From Psammoneis japonica (taxonomy: Eukaryota), in the NCBI GenBank assembly GCA_008632985.1, contig QPGO01000050.1:310001-374000 (forward strand): DNA of 64,000 nucleotides. Direction: 5' to 3'. Every line of letters starts with the position of its first letter. The first letter of the stretch is position 1. Shown here piece after piece: positions 1 to 12,676 of the stretch. Under the pieces are notes generated by a model. That model did no database searches, was not told the origin of the DNA, and saw only the letters and a program-made list of their open reading frames with translations. The position numbers and the translations under genes were made by a program.

Positions 1-3000
1 ATGCACTGCCAGATCCAGCCATTCTAAATGCAAAGGGAGCGGATCACTTTTTTTCCGAGGCTCACTCGTGGTTGGCAAAGTTAGATGGGAAAGCCTTGAT
101 GACAAACAAGCTGAGCGAGGGATTGGCTGCTCAAGGAATGCCTGGGGTGGCTCTTCTTGACACAAACAAGACCACTTGTGGCACTCTTGATCTTCTGTGT
201 GACATGCTTTCAGCACAAAAGGCTTTGCGACTGTTTGAAATTTGCTTGACGGTGATGTGATGGTTCTGCTGCACAAGGATGGGCCGCACGGGGTTCTTGT
301 CAATTGACCCTTTAGCTGCGCTGATGACAGCCACCAAAGCACTCCATTGGAGCACAAGGCATGCCGCGCATCGACAGCTGCCATTCTAACCAACGTTTGC
401 TGTGGCCTCAAGGGACAGGCGTTCCTCTCTGTGGAGGACACCCACAACCTTTCCTCCTTCTGTGGCCACCACAGTCTGCACGCAACTTGGCCTGCCATCT
501 TGGTGCCAGCTTTGTGATGATTCGAAGTGGGCTTGATGGCGAGATGATGGTTGAGCTGTGCAAGGATGCACCGCGTGGGGTTCTCGTCAACAGACCGGTG
601 TGCTGCGCTGGTGACAGCCGCCAAAGCACTCCATTGGAGCACAAGGCACGCCACACATTGACAGCTGCTGTGCCAACCAACGTTTGCCGCGGCCTCAAGG
701 GAAAGGCACTCCTCTCTGTTGAGGAACATTTCGAAAATCGAGTTGCAAGTTCTCGAAATTGCTGTCCTGTTTTGGTGGAACACGAACGCCATGACGGAAC
801 ATTGGTTGCCAAAGTGAACTTTGAGGGGAAGAATGAACTGCTTTTCAAAGAAGTGAGGCATTTGAAGTGGCCAGGGCTTGAACGCAAGATTCCTCGTACG
901 CTGACTCTTGCATCCGAAGAATCCATGTCGTGCTGTCCTCCTGCCATTGACATCAAGAAGACCATGAGCTGTCACCACAGGAGCTGCAAATGAGTGGCTG
1001 TGCAAGTGCAACAAACTCATGGCAGCAAGACAAGAAGTTGTTGCATGACAGGACCAAGTCAATGCAAGAAATGCAAAAGGGAGGGTGTGTCATGTGCAAA
1101 ACAAAGACAGCCAACTGCTGCATGGGGTGTCACATGCATTGATGCAATTGCTCCTCCACAATGAAGGAAAGAGTGTGCAGGAGTTTGCCATGGGCCCCAT
1201 CCTTTGCCATTTGCAGCTGTGACAAACAATGCATCCAGCCCAGTTGCATGTGAATTTTCCACACCAAACTTTGGCACCAAAACAGAAAGAGAAGAAGTTC
1301 ACAGAACATTGGTGCCACAAAGCCAATGACTGTGCATCCATTCTAGATGCTTGCTTTGCTCAAGGGCACCACGCAGCTCTGCACCCAGATGCACAGCAGT
1401 GCCACAATGATTTTAAAGACAAGCAAACACACATGGGGCACCAGTTTTTTTAATTCAATGCAAACCCATCAAGAGTGTTGTCTTTTGCAGTTGGCTGCCT
1501 TTGCTTGGTGCAACCCCCCTGCACTTTCATTGCATTTTGGTTGGTTGCCATGCAAGGTTTGTGCAGCACTGCTGTGGACATGTGAAAAGCTGCTTTGGGG
1601 TCACATGCTGATGAGGATGACCAACAATGCACAAATTTTGAGGCAACTGTTTGGAAGAACTTAAAGAAATTGCCACATCAACTGCGACCCAACCCAACCA
1701 TCAACTGTGGCAACAGCCCCAGTTGAGCCAGTGCAATGCTGTGTGACAAGATGTGCAATGTGCAACAAATGCAAAAGTCATGAGAGGCATCAGAGCAAAA
1801 AAGAGGCAGCACAATTCTGCAACAATGGAAAGTGCTGCAGAGTTGCGTGCACAAGCCCTCTGACAGTTTCTCTGTGCATTTGCACAGATTTCACACAAGC
1901 AGCCTCCTCACAGGGGGGTCCCATTCACTGGCCCAAACAAACTCTTTCTTGGACACAAAATGTTTTTGACAATTGCCAGCTTGGCGGAGACAGGTTTGGA
2001 GAGGCAGGTTTTGCATGGTCCTTGATGGCTGCAATCAGGAAGGCCACCAGACCACCCACAACTTGCGTCAACCAGCGCAGAGACATTTCACTCAGCTGTC
2101 TGGTGGTGCTCCAGCCATGCTGGGGGCGGGGTCGGTCGGTCGAGGAGCACGAGAGCCAAAGTGAGCTGCAACATCAGCGCAGCCCTTCTGAGTTGCACTG
2201 CAAACATGATGAAGTTGGAGAGTGGTTCACGTGTCCTGCTTTTGTTGTTGTGATGCTTTTTGACCGCCGCTGCTCCCTCGTCCGGCAGCCGAACCCGGAA
2301 ACCTCGCAAGGCGTTGTTTCGTCACAAGCTTTGCCATTGGCCATTGCCCATTGCCAATGGTGGACTGCACTGTGTCTTGCTCGTGTTGCTCATGATCGCG
2401 ATGACACAGTGCCGCTTTGCCTTGCACTCTAGAGAGCAGACTCTAGAAGCAACGGGAGCATCCATTGGGGCTTGCAGTGCACTGATGCAAAGCAACCCAT
2501 TGCCCTGCGAAACCATGAGCTCAGCATCATCTGCGCTTGTCCGGGGGATGATCCCATCGTTGCTGTGAAGTCAAGCCTTCCAAAGTGCGAGAAGTGTTTC
2601 GCAAGGACGGCGTGACATCTGGGCATCCCAACCCACATTTCCCGGATTTTTCTTTTCTCCCATGCGAGACTTTGTTCTTGACCACTTTTGCTTCCCTCTT
2701 GGGAGAACAAAGCGATGCCATTGCTGCCCATGGGGTTTGTGTCATGCTGGCACCAGCATGGCTTGTGTGCAAAAAGAAGGTTGACAAAAATGACAACAAC
2801 AAAGACGGAGTGGGAAGCACGGCGAGGAACTCAATCACACATGTTGGGCCTTCCTCAAAGTTTCCAAAGTTCACGCCTCCGTCTGACATGCAAAGTGCTT
2901 TTGTTGGTGCCATTGCCTTGTGACGTGCAGTGCCATTTCAGATGTTGCATTGCGTCGGCTGCAATGACACCCCCAAGCAAATGAAAAAATGGTTCGAAGC

Positions 3001-5340
3001 CATGACGCAACTTGAAGCTTGCCTGTTTGGATGCATCTGGTGTGGGAGATGAGCTTGAAGAGGTTGAAGGTGAGCCAAGACATTGCATGGACAACAGAAG
3101 CTGACTCATTCCCGCTTTTTCAATTTTCAGGCCCTCATGAAACCCATGTTGCAAGGACGTTTGCTCGACAATGTGAAGATCTTGAACGACATCCAGGAGA
3201 AGAATGACGCTGATCGTTGCGAGAAGGCTTGGTCTCGCAATGTCATCAACATTGATGAAGAAGCCAAAGAATGAAATTGACACATGAGGTTCGACACAGC
3301 AGGCAAAGCGCGGATGCACACAAGTCTTCAATTGTGCTTGTCTGACTTTTGTTTGACTCACTCAACCGTCTCCAAAACTCGTGGACATTGCCAGTTTATG
3401 GAACCGAAATGATTCAGAGCGCCATTGCGAAGTGGTCGATCCAGAAGATTAAAAGACGGTGATTGCTCGTCACACCAAGATAAATGTCTCCTGAGGACAT
3501 GAAACTCTTGCGCACAAAAGACGACAGTGATGACTGCCATGTTCCACACCACTTTGCAGCTGTGGATGCAGAAAACGAGTCAACCGTGTGGTCATTGGGA
3601 GGTGCACTGTCAACACCTGGAGCCATCGTGGATGTTCAGGGCATGGAATGCAAGCAGCGGGCATTGCTCATGCTGCATTCTCACTGCAACAGGTCCAGAA
3701 CGAACCCCGTCAGGACAGGTGAAACCTGCAAAAAAGGAGTTTCAATGGCCTGTGCGCACAGCACGCACATGTTCTTGTTTGATTGTGTTCAGTGATCACT
3801 GTCACTTTTCACCAAGACTTTTCATATCCCGTTGGTTTTCTCAACCGCTCAGGCAACTGTGCAAGGCACACCTGAGCTTGGGGCATGGCCAAGATCCCGC
3901 CCCCAGGCATTCCATGCCGGTGTGTCAGGACAATCGCGAGCAAAACCAGTTCTCTCATTGCCAAGCTGCATTTCTTCCTGTTGTGAATCGAAGCCACCTG
4001 GACCAGGCAAAGGCAAGCCGGAGCACAGCCACAAGTCACTCATCTCTCATGCAGAGCAATGAGTCCTGGTGCACTGCCGAAACCAGGTGCCGCAGCACAA
4101 CAGCCGCAGCCAAGAAACTTCGACAGCAGGCACTTGCAGAATCATCTTAAAGCTCTTGATCAATGACATCGTTGTGATTTTTCCTGCGCTTGACATGTCA
4201 ACAGGTTGCGCACCTTTCGACAACAGCTTTGATTCTCTCCGCTTCACGAAAGACTGCTGAAGACAAGACGTCTGCTCACAAAAGCAACAGATCGTCGAAA
4301 ACAGCAGCGACGGCATCACAGCACCTTGCGCGAGAGCTACGACCATCAACGTGCGGAATGAATGGCGCACAAATGAAGATTGCTGTGCTGTGCTCTCAGT
4401 CTTTCCACTTCTCCATTGCAAAGGTTCAAAGTTTGTTTCGGATGTTTGAAACACGCCAATGTCAAAAGTTGACAGAAATCGGTCACGCAGGATGACATTG
4501 CCTCAAGAGTGCAATCAAAAGATGGCGCTCAAGCTTTTTCCCATTTTCGGGGTGGATGACCACCCCAAAAAAAAGAAAAAGGGGGGACGTGCTGCGGAGA
4601 CAGCAAGAGAATCTTGCGAGTCAACCGCGTGCCAAATCAACACTCCCTGCGAGTGAAGACTTGCCGCACCACGTCACTGATGCAATGGAACCCCAAACCC
4701 CACGTTCCGTCAACGGCATGATCTGCTTGGCGAGCTTTTGCTGCTTCGCAGATGAACACTGCTGTCTGTTTCAACAGCCGTGACCTGATGGGTCAAGCGA
4801 GCAGGCAACTTCCCATGGTCAAAGACACAGGAGTGACATGGACTCCAGGCCAGAGACACGCACTCGATTTGCCCCGACCTCCGGACTTAACTGCTGGCAA
4901 CACCTGCTCCACCGATTTCAACAGCACACTTGTGCTGAAGCAACTTTGACAAAAAAAAGAGACAAACCGCCAGCACTGGAGTCAAGCTCGAGGTGAATTG
5001 GGGAAAAAGAAGGATCAGATCACACCCAGCGGATGGTTCTGCGGGCAGTTGTTCGTCACGCTTCTCGAATGATGAAGCAAAAGAGAAGTGCTTGATCCTT
5101 CTCCACGGATGGAACACCAGCCTGAAACAGACGGTGTCGATGCTCCACAGGTGGGGTTCTTTGCACTTCTCTTCACCCATGTGCCATCATCGTTCCCGCA
5201 CCAATCACTGATGATTCCCTTGCGGCATTTGTGCGGAGAGGAACAGATTTTTGAAAACGGGCGGTCGTTTGAAAATGGAGGGAAATGATGTGGCTGGGAA
5301 ACCAACGGGTGTCTTTCACTGTCACATTTTGTGTGATTTG
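1..5340. mobile_element. TpA-depleted, hypermutated repeat/TE-derived block 1 (family not identified)
   Basis: I count 5 TA dinucleotides in bases 1-1020. TG/CA are abundant and CpG is partly retained. ORFs here are almost Tyr-free and Cys/His-rich. TE origin is inferred from the same composition in the LTR-containing block. Confidence 0.6.
259..715 (+). repeat. Diverged ~285-bp direct duplication inside a hypermutated ORF
   Basis: 'gctgcgctgatgacagccaccaaagcactccattggagcacaaggca...aaccaacgtttgc..ggcctcaaggga' at ~315-415 recurs at ~602-702. Confidence 0.8.
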
Positions 5341-5570
5341 TGCGAACCCCTATGACGTCAGCTGAACTTCAAACAGGGCGAGCTCCGAACTCCAGATTTC
5401 CTTGTCTCTCCACACTCCACATTGCCGGTGCAATGCGACAGCACTTCTGTCCATGCCCCGCACTGCCCATGGTGGACGGCGTTCGTCATCATGTCAATGT
5501 CGTGCTGAACTTCACCGGCATCATAACATGCTAAAAGCACCCTTAATCATAGGCTGAAGTAGGGATAAGA

Positions 5571-6410
5571 ATGTTTCATCTCATGAGATCGTATCGGTGT
5601 GGCGGATCAAAAGGTCGGCGACACCGATGGATGACAGGCAGATCGGCATCGAGTCGTCGAGATCGGCCCAATCCGTTGTTTGTCAATGCGAGCAACGCCC
5701 CGGATGACTTTGATCCATCCGGAGCTGTGGTTTACGACTCCTTTGTATCACATGAAGAAGGAGAATCTCTAGTGTCGGATATATTGGCTCGAATGCGTCG
5801 GTAAGTGACGTTAACTTCATACAGAAAAGTACCTTTTGCTCTGACCACACACTCACAACCTACTTCTTTCGATGCAACGCCACTAGACGTCGGTACGAAA
5901 AGGGACACTGGGATGCAGTCATTACGGACTACAAAGAAGTGGAGCTCTTGGATGAATCTGTACTTGGCGACGCTTCCAGAACTGCAATGGATCGTGTTCG
6001 AGAGCAATTGTTGACCCATCATTTGCCCACTTCCAGAGAAATTTCGTTTCTGCCGTGTCACGCGATTGATTTGAAAAAGGATGGCGAGCTCAAGGCTCAT
6101 GTCGACTCTATCAAATTCTCTGGAGATGTCGTTTCCGGCATTAGTCTTGTATCTTCCAGCATTATGAGACTCAGACCAGAAACAACGCAACAACGAGGCA
6201 ATGATTCAGAGGAGCAGTCGGAAGGATGGGTCGACTTGCATCTTCCACCCTTGTCACTCTATGTTTTATCAGGAGCGACTCGATATCATTACACCCACGA
6301 GCTACTTCCCTCTGGCTCTGGCTTTGAAGCGCCCGACGGAACAACTACGACTGTTAAAAGAAGTGCGTTTCTCTAGTTTTGTCAGAGAGGAAGAATCTTT
6401 CTTCAAAATT
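5571..6410 (+). CDS. ALKBH7: AlkB homolog 7-like 2OG-Fe(II) dioxygenase; intron 5801-5886; probable frameshift near the 3' end
   Basis: Spliced reading MRRRRYEKGHWDAVITDYKE. Also AHVDSIKFSG (HxD), GISLVSSSIMRL, SLYVLSGATRYHYTHELL. Intron gtaagt...cactag keeps the frame. The expected terminal RxS motif is in another frame. Confidence 0.85.
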
Positions 6411-6424
6411 CGCAAAAACAAAAA

Positions 6425-8065
6425 ATGACCTCCAAGGAAATTCCGCATGTCGACAAAATACCGTTGGAATCGAGCACGGAGGAATACAATGATCTCTTGA
6501 TGCAAGTCCGAGGACTCACGGTGGATGAAGCCAAGGAGGAGATTTTGGATTGTGCAAGGTACGGAGAGGTGGATGCGGTCCGTGCTATCCTTCAAATCTA
6601 CAGTCGTGATGGGGTTGTGGACACGACGGACGAGAGTGGAAGCACGCCTCTTCATAAAGCGTGTGCCAATGGGCATGTTTCAACGACTCGACTACTTATG
6701 CTCAGTGGTGCGCAACACGTACCAAACAAAAGCAGGTAATACGCCTCTTCATTGGGCGCCTGCTGCTGGTCATGATGAGATTGTAAAGCTGCTGTTGGAT
6801 CATGATCCTTTCAAAGCCGACATGGACGTTTTGCAAAAGAACAATTTTGGTCGGTCGTCCTTGACGGAAGGATTCTCGAGTAAAAATACCCAACTTGTTA
6901 AATTACTATTGGAACATGATTCTTCGACAGAAGAGAGACTTTTAAGCGGTGGAAAGGAAATAGATCAAGAGGATGACGGTGAGGAGGCTACTGGAAAGAC
7001 AAGCGAGGGCGATTCAGCCACAAACAAAAAAGTAAAGTCGTTGTTCACGAATTTTTTTTTGACTTTCGCATTCAGCCATCGATTGACACTGATGGAGATT
7101 CCAAACGAGAAGAAGTCTCACAAGAGCATGTTGACGAACTCGATAGAAATGATGAGCCACGCAAGAAGCTGCTAATTCGCGAACTCGTACGTTGGTCTCC
7201 TTACTACGTTACTTTCTTGTTAATCTGTCGACGTTGAATTCCACCTCACGCGGATTCGTGTATTGTTCTATATATTGTTTAGCCCATTGCCCACGCAGAT
7301 AATCCATTTGGCGACTCGGCGGTGGAAGATACGACAGGTTACGGCATTTGGTGCGCCTCTCTAGCCATGGCGAGGTGGATGGCAATGCCGGAAATGTGCT
7401 CTCGCTTTGCAGGGAAATCTGTTTTGGAACTTGGTGCGAGCTGTGGTGTGCCTGGTCTATCTGCAGCGCTGTACAGGTAAGTTGACGTGAGTTTAAGTAA
7501 CAAGTGAAGATCTCCGCATGATTTTCTGCAACCACTAAAACTCGCGCTATCTTATTCCGGTCGATTCAGCGACGCGCGGAGAGTATTCATTACAGATCTC
7601 AACCCGACGACAGCAAGAAATGCGCAATACAACATTGATTTGAATGCAGCTGAACTACAGACGTCTGGTAAAAATAACGGCAATGAACAGCGTGTTTTAG
7701 CCTTTGCAATCGACTGGGACGATGAAACGACGTGGCCGACCGAAAAGCTTGACTATGTGATTGGCTCGGACTTGATCTATCAATCGAGTATTGTTCCATT
7801 GTTGAAAAAGGTTGTGTTGGGTTTGCTAAAATCCGAAAAGGGACGATTCCTGTACGTGGCTCCGGATGATGGTCGAGACGGGCTTCCAGAGTTTATTGAA
7901 AGCATGAAAGTTGATGGTTGCCACCTTGTAAGCCAGCAAGTTGCCCCTTCGTCCTTTCACGCCAACCCTTTGTCTAACCAAGACGACGATGAGTGCTTTG
8001 TACATTTTCATGAGCTTGCATCTTCGACGTACATTCTCTATGAATTTGAGATTTTGCGAAGCTAG
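6425..8065 (+). CDS. Ankyrin-repeat (Yar1-like) + Methyltransf_16/METTL21-type SAM methyltransferase; introns ~7187-7281 and ~7477-7569; several frameshifts
   Basis: Ankyrin motifs ILDCARYGE, GSTPLHKACANGH, GNTPLHWA. Methyltransferase motifs DTTGYGIWCASLAMARW, LELGASCGVPGL, DYVIGSDLIY. Frame breaks at ~6730 and ~7055. Confidence 0.8.
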
Positions 8066-8083
8066 ATTATAAAAGATGCAAGT

Positions 8084-9600
8084 TTAAGAAATTTTCTTTT
8101 TGCTCTCGTCGTCTCGCTTTTCCGGCCAGACCTTCCTCCACCACCAAACAATACCGTATGACGTTGGATAATGCCGCTTACTATTCAGGTTGTTGATAAC
8201 TGAAGCGCAAAAGATCGCGATCGCATTTCCGAGTAACATCATTCCCATTTGAATCCATCCTTTTGAGCCATTGAAAACAAAAGTGCTGCTGCGCCTGCCG
8301 GAGGATGCGTGAAACCAAATTTTACCATACAGAAAATGGATAACGATGTGCCAAGAGATTGGCGAAGAAATACATCGAGGTCGTCCAAGTAGCCAATCCC
8401 AAGTGCAATGGAAAGCGAAATCGCCTGTCCCATGATTGCGTTCATTGGTTGTGACGCTGGAGCCGCGGTTAGCCCGTACTGAAGAGTCATCAATGCACCA
8501 AAGGGACCCAAGACAATGCTGTGATCTGATCCGTATGTTTCAGTTAAGCACTCGTTGAGCTTGGTCAGAATCAAAAGTGTGAGTAGGGCTCCGACAAATG
8601 ACCATAGGGCTTGCATCCAATCAAAAGCTGGTGGCGGTTGAACGCCTGGACCCTTCATCTTCTTCAGTGTTATGATAACCTTTGTTTTGGTGGTCAAAGC
8701 AAATTCTTTTAAAAACTCTGGGCAGCGACCGGTTGGTTCCTCCGTAAGCTCCACGGTTGCAACTTGTTCCACCTCAATCTTTTGACTCTCGATTTTATGA
8801 ACGTGATGTTTCAAACCTATTCCAAGTCTTGATAGGGCAATAAGTTTGGTGCGCATTCTTCTAATGGCAGCATCCCTTTCCATCATTCGTTCTTGAACAG
8901 CTGTTTGACGAGGACCTCTCATGGCCCACGCCGCACCAATGAGATCCGCTGCACTCTTCAAGTATGCTTCGTTGGACGGAGACCGCAGTTTTTGCACGTT
9001 TGTAGTTGCTCGCGCCATGTACGCAACTAGACCCTCTTGGCCACCAATTCGAAATCCAACGGAGGCGGCTAAGCCAATTCCAGCTTCTGCAATGACCTCA
9101 AGTCGCTCGTTGTATGGTTGGTCTGGATTCTGGATCATCTAACATGCTCTGCACATTCTTCCAAATAATTTTTCTGGAATCGGAAGCTTGCCTACCGTTC
9201 CTAGGCAAGACCGGAGTCGATAGCTCTGTAAACAACGAACCAGCTATTCCTTCGCCGATTGCAACTTTCTTCGCGGGGCAATAGTTGTCAACGGAGTTGT
9301 CCGTTAAACGACACACGGCACACGTGTTGTTTTCTTTTTCTCCTTTACAATTCTGATGAAACATCGGATCTAACCAATACCCTCCATCTGGGCGAAAGAG
9401 CGACGTGCCTTTACTGACCCATACTTCGACGTAAATAGTACCGTACGCCCAACGGCCAGCGTCGTGAATCGCACGTTGAAGTAAGTCGTCGTCAACACTT
9501 GAAGAATCTGCTGGAACTAAGCGTGGTTTTTCTTTGTTCTCAACAGCATCGTCCTTTATATCAAGCGCACAAATTCTTTCTCGTGCGGTGCCATTGATGA
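8084..9600 (-). CDS. HPP-family integral membrane protein with long N-terminal soluble region; frameshifts at ~8240 and ~9120; start approximate
   Basis: LGPFGALMTLQYGLTAAPASQP, THPPAGAAA, and C-terminal NNLNSKRHYPT in a shifted frame. Confidence 0.8.
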
Positions 9601-10085
9601 GAAGGTAGTCGGGGACTTTAACGCGTCTTTGGCGAGACCACAGATTGCACTTTCCGAAGGTTGTACAGGGTTTACCGTGTCAACAAACGAACAACATTGA
9701 ACAACTAACTTGCGAAGAAGGTGCGGAAGGCGGAAGTTGTCGATGGTTGGTTATTGTTGCGAGCGACACAAGTAACGCCACTAAAACGTCATTGACACGA
9801 CTGAAGCCACGTAGAATTAGTACCAAGGTTTCTGTTTTTGTTGGATGCAGTTTTGGAAGTTCGAAATCTTTCGTGCGTTTTGATTGGCCATCTCACTGAA
9901 TTATTCATCTACGACTCCGAAAAGCGAATAAAGGCAAAATCCGACTGATTCCAACAGATTTGGATTTTGACAATTAATTGACGATTGACGATGACGCGCA
10001 ATGACCAGTCAATGTCGGCGCCCCCTCCCATGCAGCGAGCTCACGCATTTCGGATGCGTTGAGCTGTTAGCCATATCGAATCAGG

Positions 10086-12676
10086 ATGGAACCGGAAGAA
10101 TGTGAAGGAAGCCTTGTGACGACCTTTGCTGGCGGCGAGGTGTCTTACGGAATTATTTTTGATGTGCAGACTTTGCGAAGTGCCGTGTCAATTGTGGGTA
10201 TGGATCTGCATATAGTAAACAACACTCAAGTCGTTTATGAGATATATACCAAACCCCGAAGTTTCCTTGATGACCCCATTGACGACATGGAAACGTGGAC
10301 GAGCCTAGTCAAGGGCGTCGTCATGGGTCTCGGTGAAGGAGTGGGAACGCCAGTAAACTTTAATTCTGTTTCAATGGGACCCGACGCGATTCGCTCTTTC
10401 TACGTGACGTTAACGAATCCAGGCCTTGCCTACACAATATCTGCTGACAGTGCTAACGATGATGAGCTGGAAATTCTCATTGGTATCGGTGTGGGAAGCT
10501 ACCCACTTGGTCAGAACGCCCAGTTGTTTCGCTCTCGTGTTTGGAACGGGCGTCTCTTTTATCAATTGCAAAGCTGCTTGCCTTCGACCCCTGTCCCAGT
10601 ACCCGGAACAGTAAAGCCCTCTTCAGTTGTTTACTCTGAACGAGAAGCTCTTGGGATATTCTTTCGAGCGACCGGCGGCATTCGCTGGAAGAACAAAGAA
10701 GGCTGGGTCCAGGATTCGGCCGATGTATGTACATGGTTTGGGATTGAGTGCGATTCTTCAGGATCAGTAATTTCAATTGTCCTGGTAAACAACACTATGG
10801 TAGGAAATACTCCACCAGAGCTGTTCTTTTTAGAATCCCTCGAACGAGTCGCGCTGGATAACAACGTTGTGGACTTCGGCTTTCAAGGAATCGGCACCGC
10901 GTCCTCTCTTCGTTCCATCAGTCTCAGTTATACTCGAACCACATCATTGGATGGGATATCTGATGCCGTTGCTCTTTCTGGCCTCAACCTTGGTAACACT
11001 GCTCTTTCTGGAGAACTGTCTAGAGAAATCTTTGCCGTGAGCACGTTGGCTTCTTTGGACCTGGGAGGGACCTCGTTGTCGTCAACAATCCCGCCTGAAA
11101 TCGGGCTTCTGACCAATCTGAGGGCCTTCTCGGCGCAGGTCGCCGGATTCGGTGGTCCCTTTCCGACAGAGATTTCCAATCTTGTCCAGCTCAGCTTCTT
11201 AGACTTGTCAAGCAACCGTTTGTCAGGTCCAGTTCCTACAGAGATTGCCAACCTTGTCCAGCTCAACGTCTTGAACCTGTCAAGAAACAGTTTATCAGGT
11301 ATGATACCGCCAGAGATAGCCTCAATGACAGGGTTGCAACAACTAATGTTGGCGCAGAACAAGCTTATTGGTCCTCTTCCGTCTTTTAGCTTCTCGACCG
11401 CTTTGCGGAACATAGACTTGGGCTTGAACATACTCGCCGGGCAGCTTCCGGTCGATTTATTGGCCGCTATCCAAGACAAGACGAGACTAGTCACTCTTAA
11501 TTTGACCTCCAACTCTATTACGGGTAGCATACCCTCTTTGTTTCGAGAATTTGATATGCTGGATATATACTTGTTGGACAACAGGATTGAAAGTATTCCA
11601 CGTGAACTATGCGGAAAATCAGCATGGATGGGAGGAGATGTCGGGCTCTATGGCTGCGATGCAATCCTCTGCCCACCAGGTACCTTTAAGTGTTGGACGA
11701 CAAGATGCTGCAGACAATCCATGCCGTATCTGCTCTGATGATTTGGATATCTTTGGCTCTACCTCTTGCCGCAGTGCACCGACGATGCCTCCATTATTGC
11801 GTCCGTCATTTGCTCCCACCTCAACCCTGGCTCCTGGAAGTCTTCTTTCGGAGGAAAAGGCGATGGAGCTCTTTTTCAACGTCACGGATGGCCCATCCTG
11901 GACCGACTCAAGAGGATGGCTTGTGGAAGGGGCCCCGGTATGCGAGTGGTTTGGCATTGCCTGCGACAGGAATGGCAAAGTTCTAACAATTTCTCTTGCC
12001 TCCAATGGCTTGATTGGAACAACACCACAAGAGCTATTTCATCTGCAATCATTGGAAATGTTCGGCTGAATGGTAACGAAGTCGACTTTACTTTTTCTGG
12101 AATTGAGGTCGCTCCGATTCTTCGAACCATCCAAATATCAGATACCATGACTAAATCTACTGAGGGTGTTGGTGGTGCGTAGCAGCCCACGTCCCTCAGT
12201 CTGGGTCGAACCCTGGTTACGGGTGAGACGGCTTGAGAGATATTCAATGTGAAGACTTTGGAAGTTTTGGAAATGGGCAACAACCAAATCAATCTAGAGC
12301 TACTCCCTTTCATGCTTGACGGCCTCCCCAACCTTCGTTCTTTTGCCGCGCCATCGGCTGGTATCTCTGGCGTTTTACCGAATGAGCTAACGAACTTAGC
12401 GGGACTGACATTCCTTGATCTCTCTAATAACAGAATGTCAGGGCCGCTTCCGTTTCAAATGAATCAGCTTGAGAGCCTCGAAACTTTGCGTCTGCGTTCA
12501 AATAGACTCGAAGGAGAACTTATTGGTTTTGAGGAGCAAATTGAGCTGAGAGATTTTGACTTGAGCAACAACTTGCTAGAAGGGGTTGTTCCAGACCACT
12601 TACTGCCGAACGTCGCTGCATCTGATAGGCAAATAAATATCGACCTGAGTTCAAACATGTTAACTGGGACAATGCA
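10086..12676 (+). pseudogene. Leucine-rich-repeat (receptor-like) protein with tandem LRRNT-LRR modules; 3' half frameshifted with in-frame stops and truncated
   Basis: Two CxWFGIxC caps and LxxLxLxxNxLxGxIP repeats. Frame breaks at ~11690 and ~12062, stops at ~12180 and ~12235. Ends abruptly in dynein sequence. Confidence 0.8.

Noticed and set aside
1059..5305. Many overlapping Cys/His-rich ORFs as genuine (metal-binding) genes, here and in the other TpA deserts
   Set aside because: Explained by loss of TAA/TAG and Tyr codons; no recognisable domains
5520..5570. Harbinger- or piggyBac-like terminus at the end of block 1 (gcaccc-ttaa / agggataa)
   Set aside because: No partner terminus in the window
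10928..11581. Long antisense ORFs over LRR, RPL35, UbiA and LPA1
   Set aside because: Shadow frames of the sense genes
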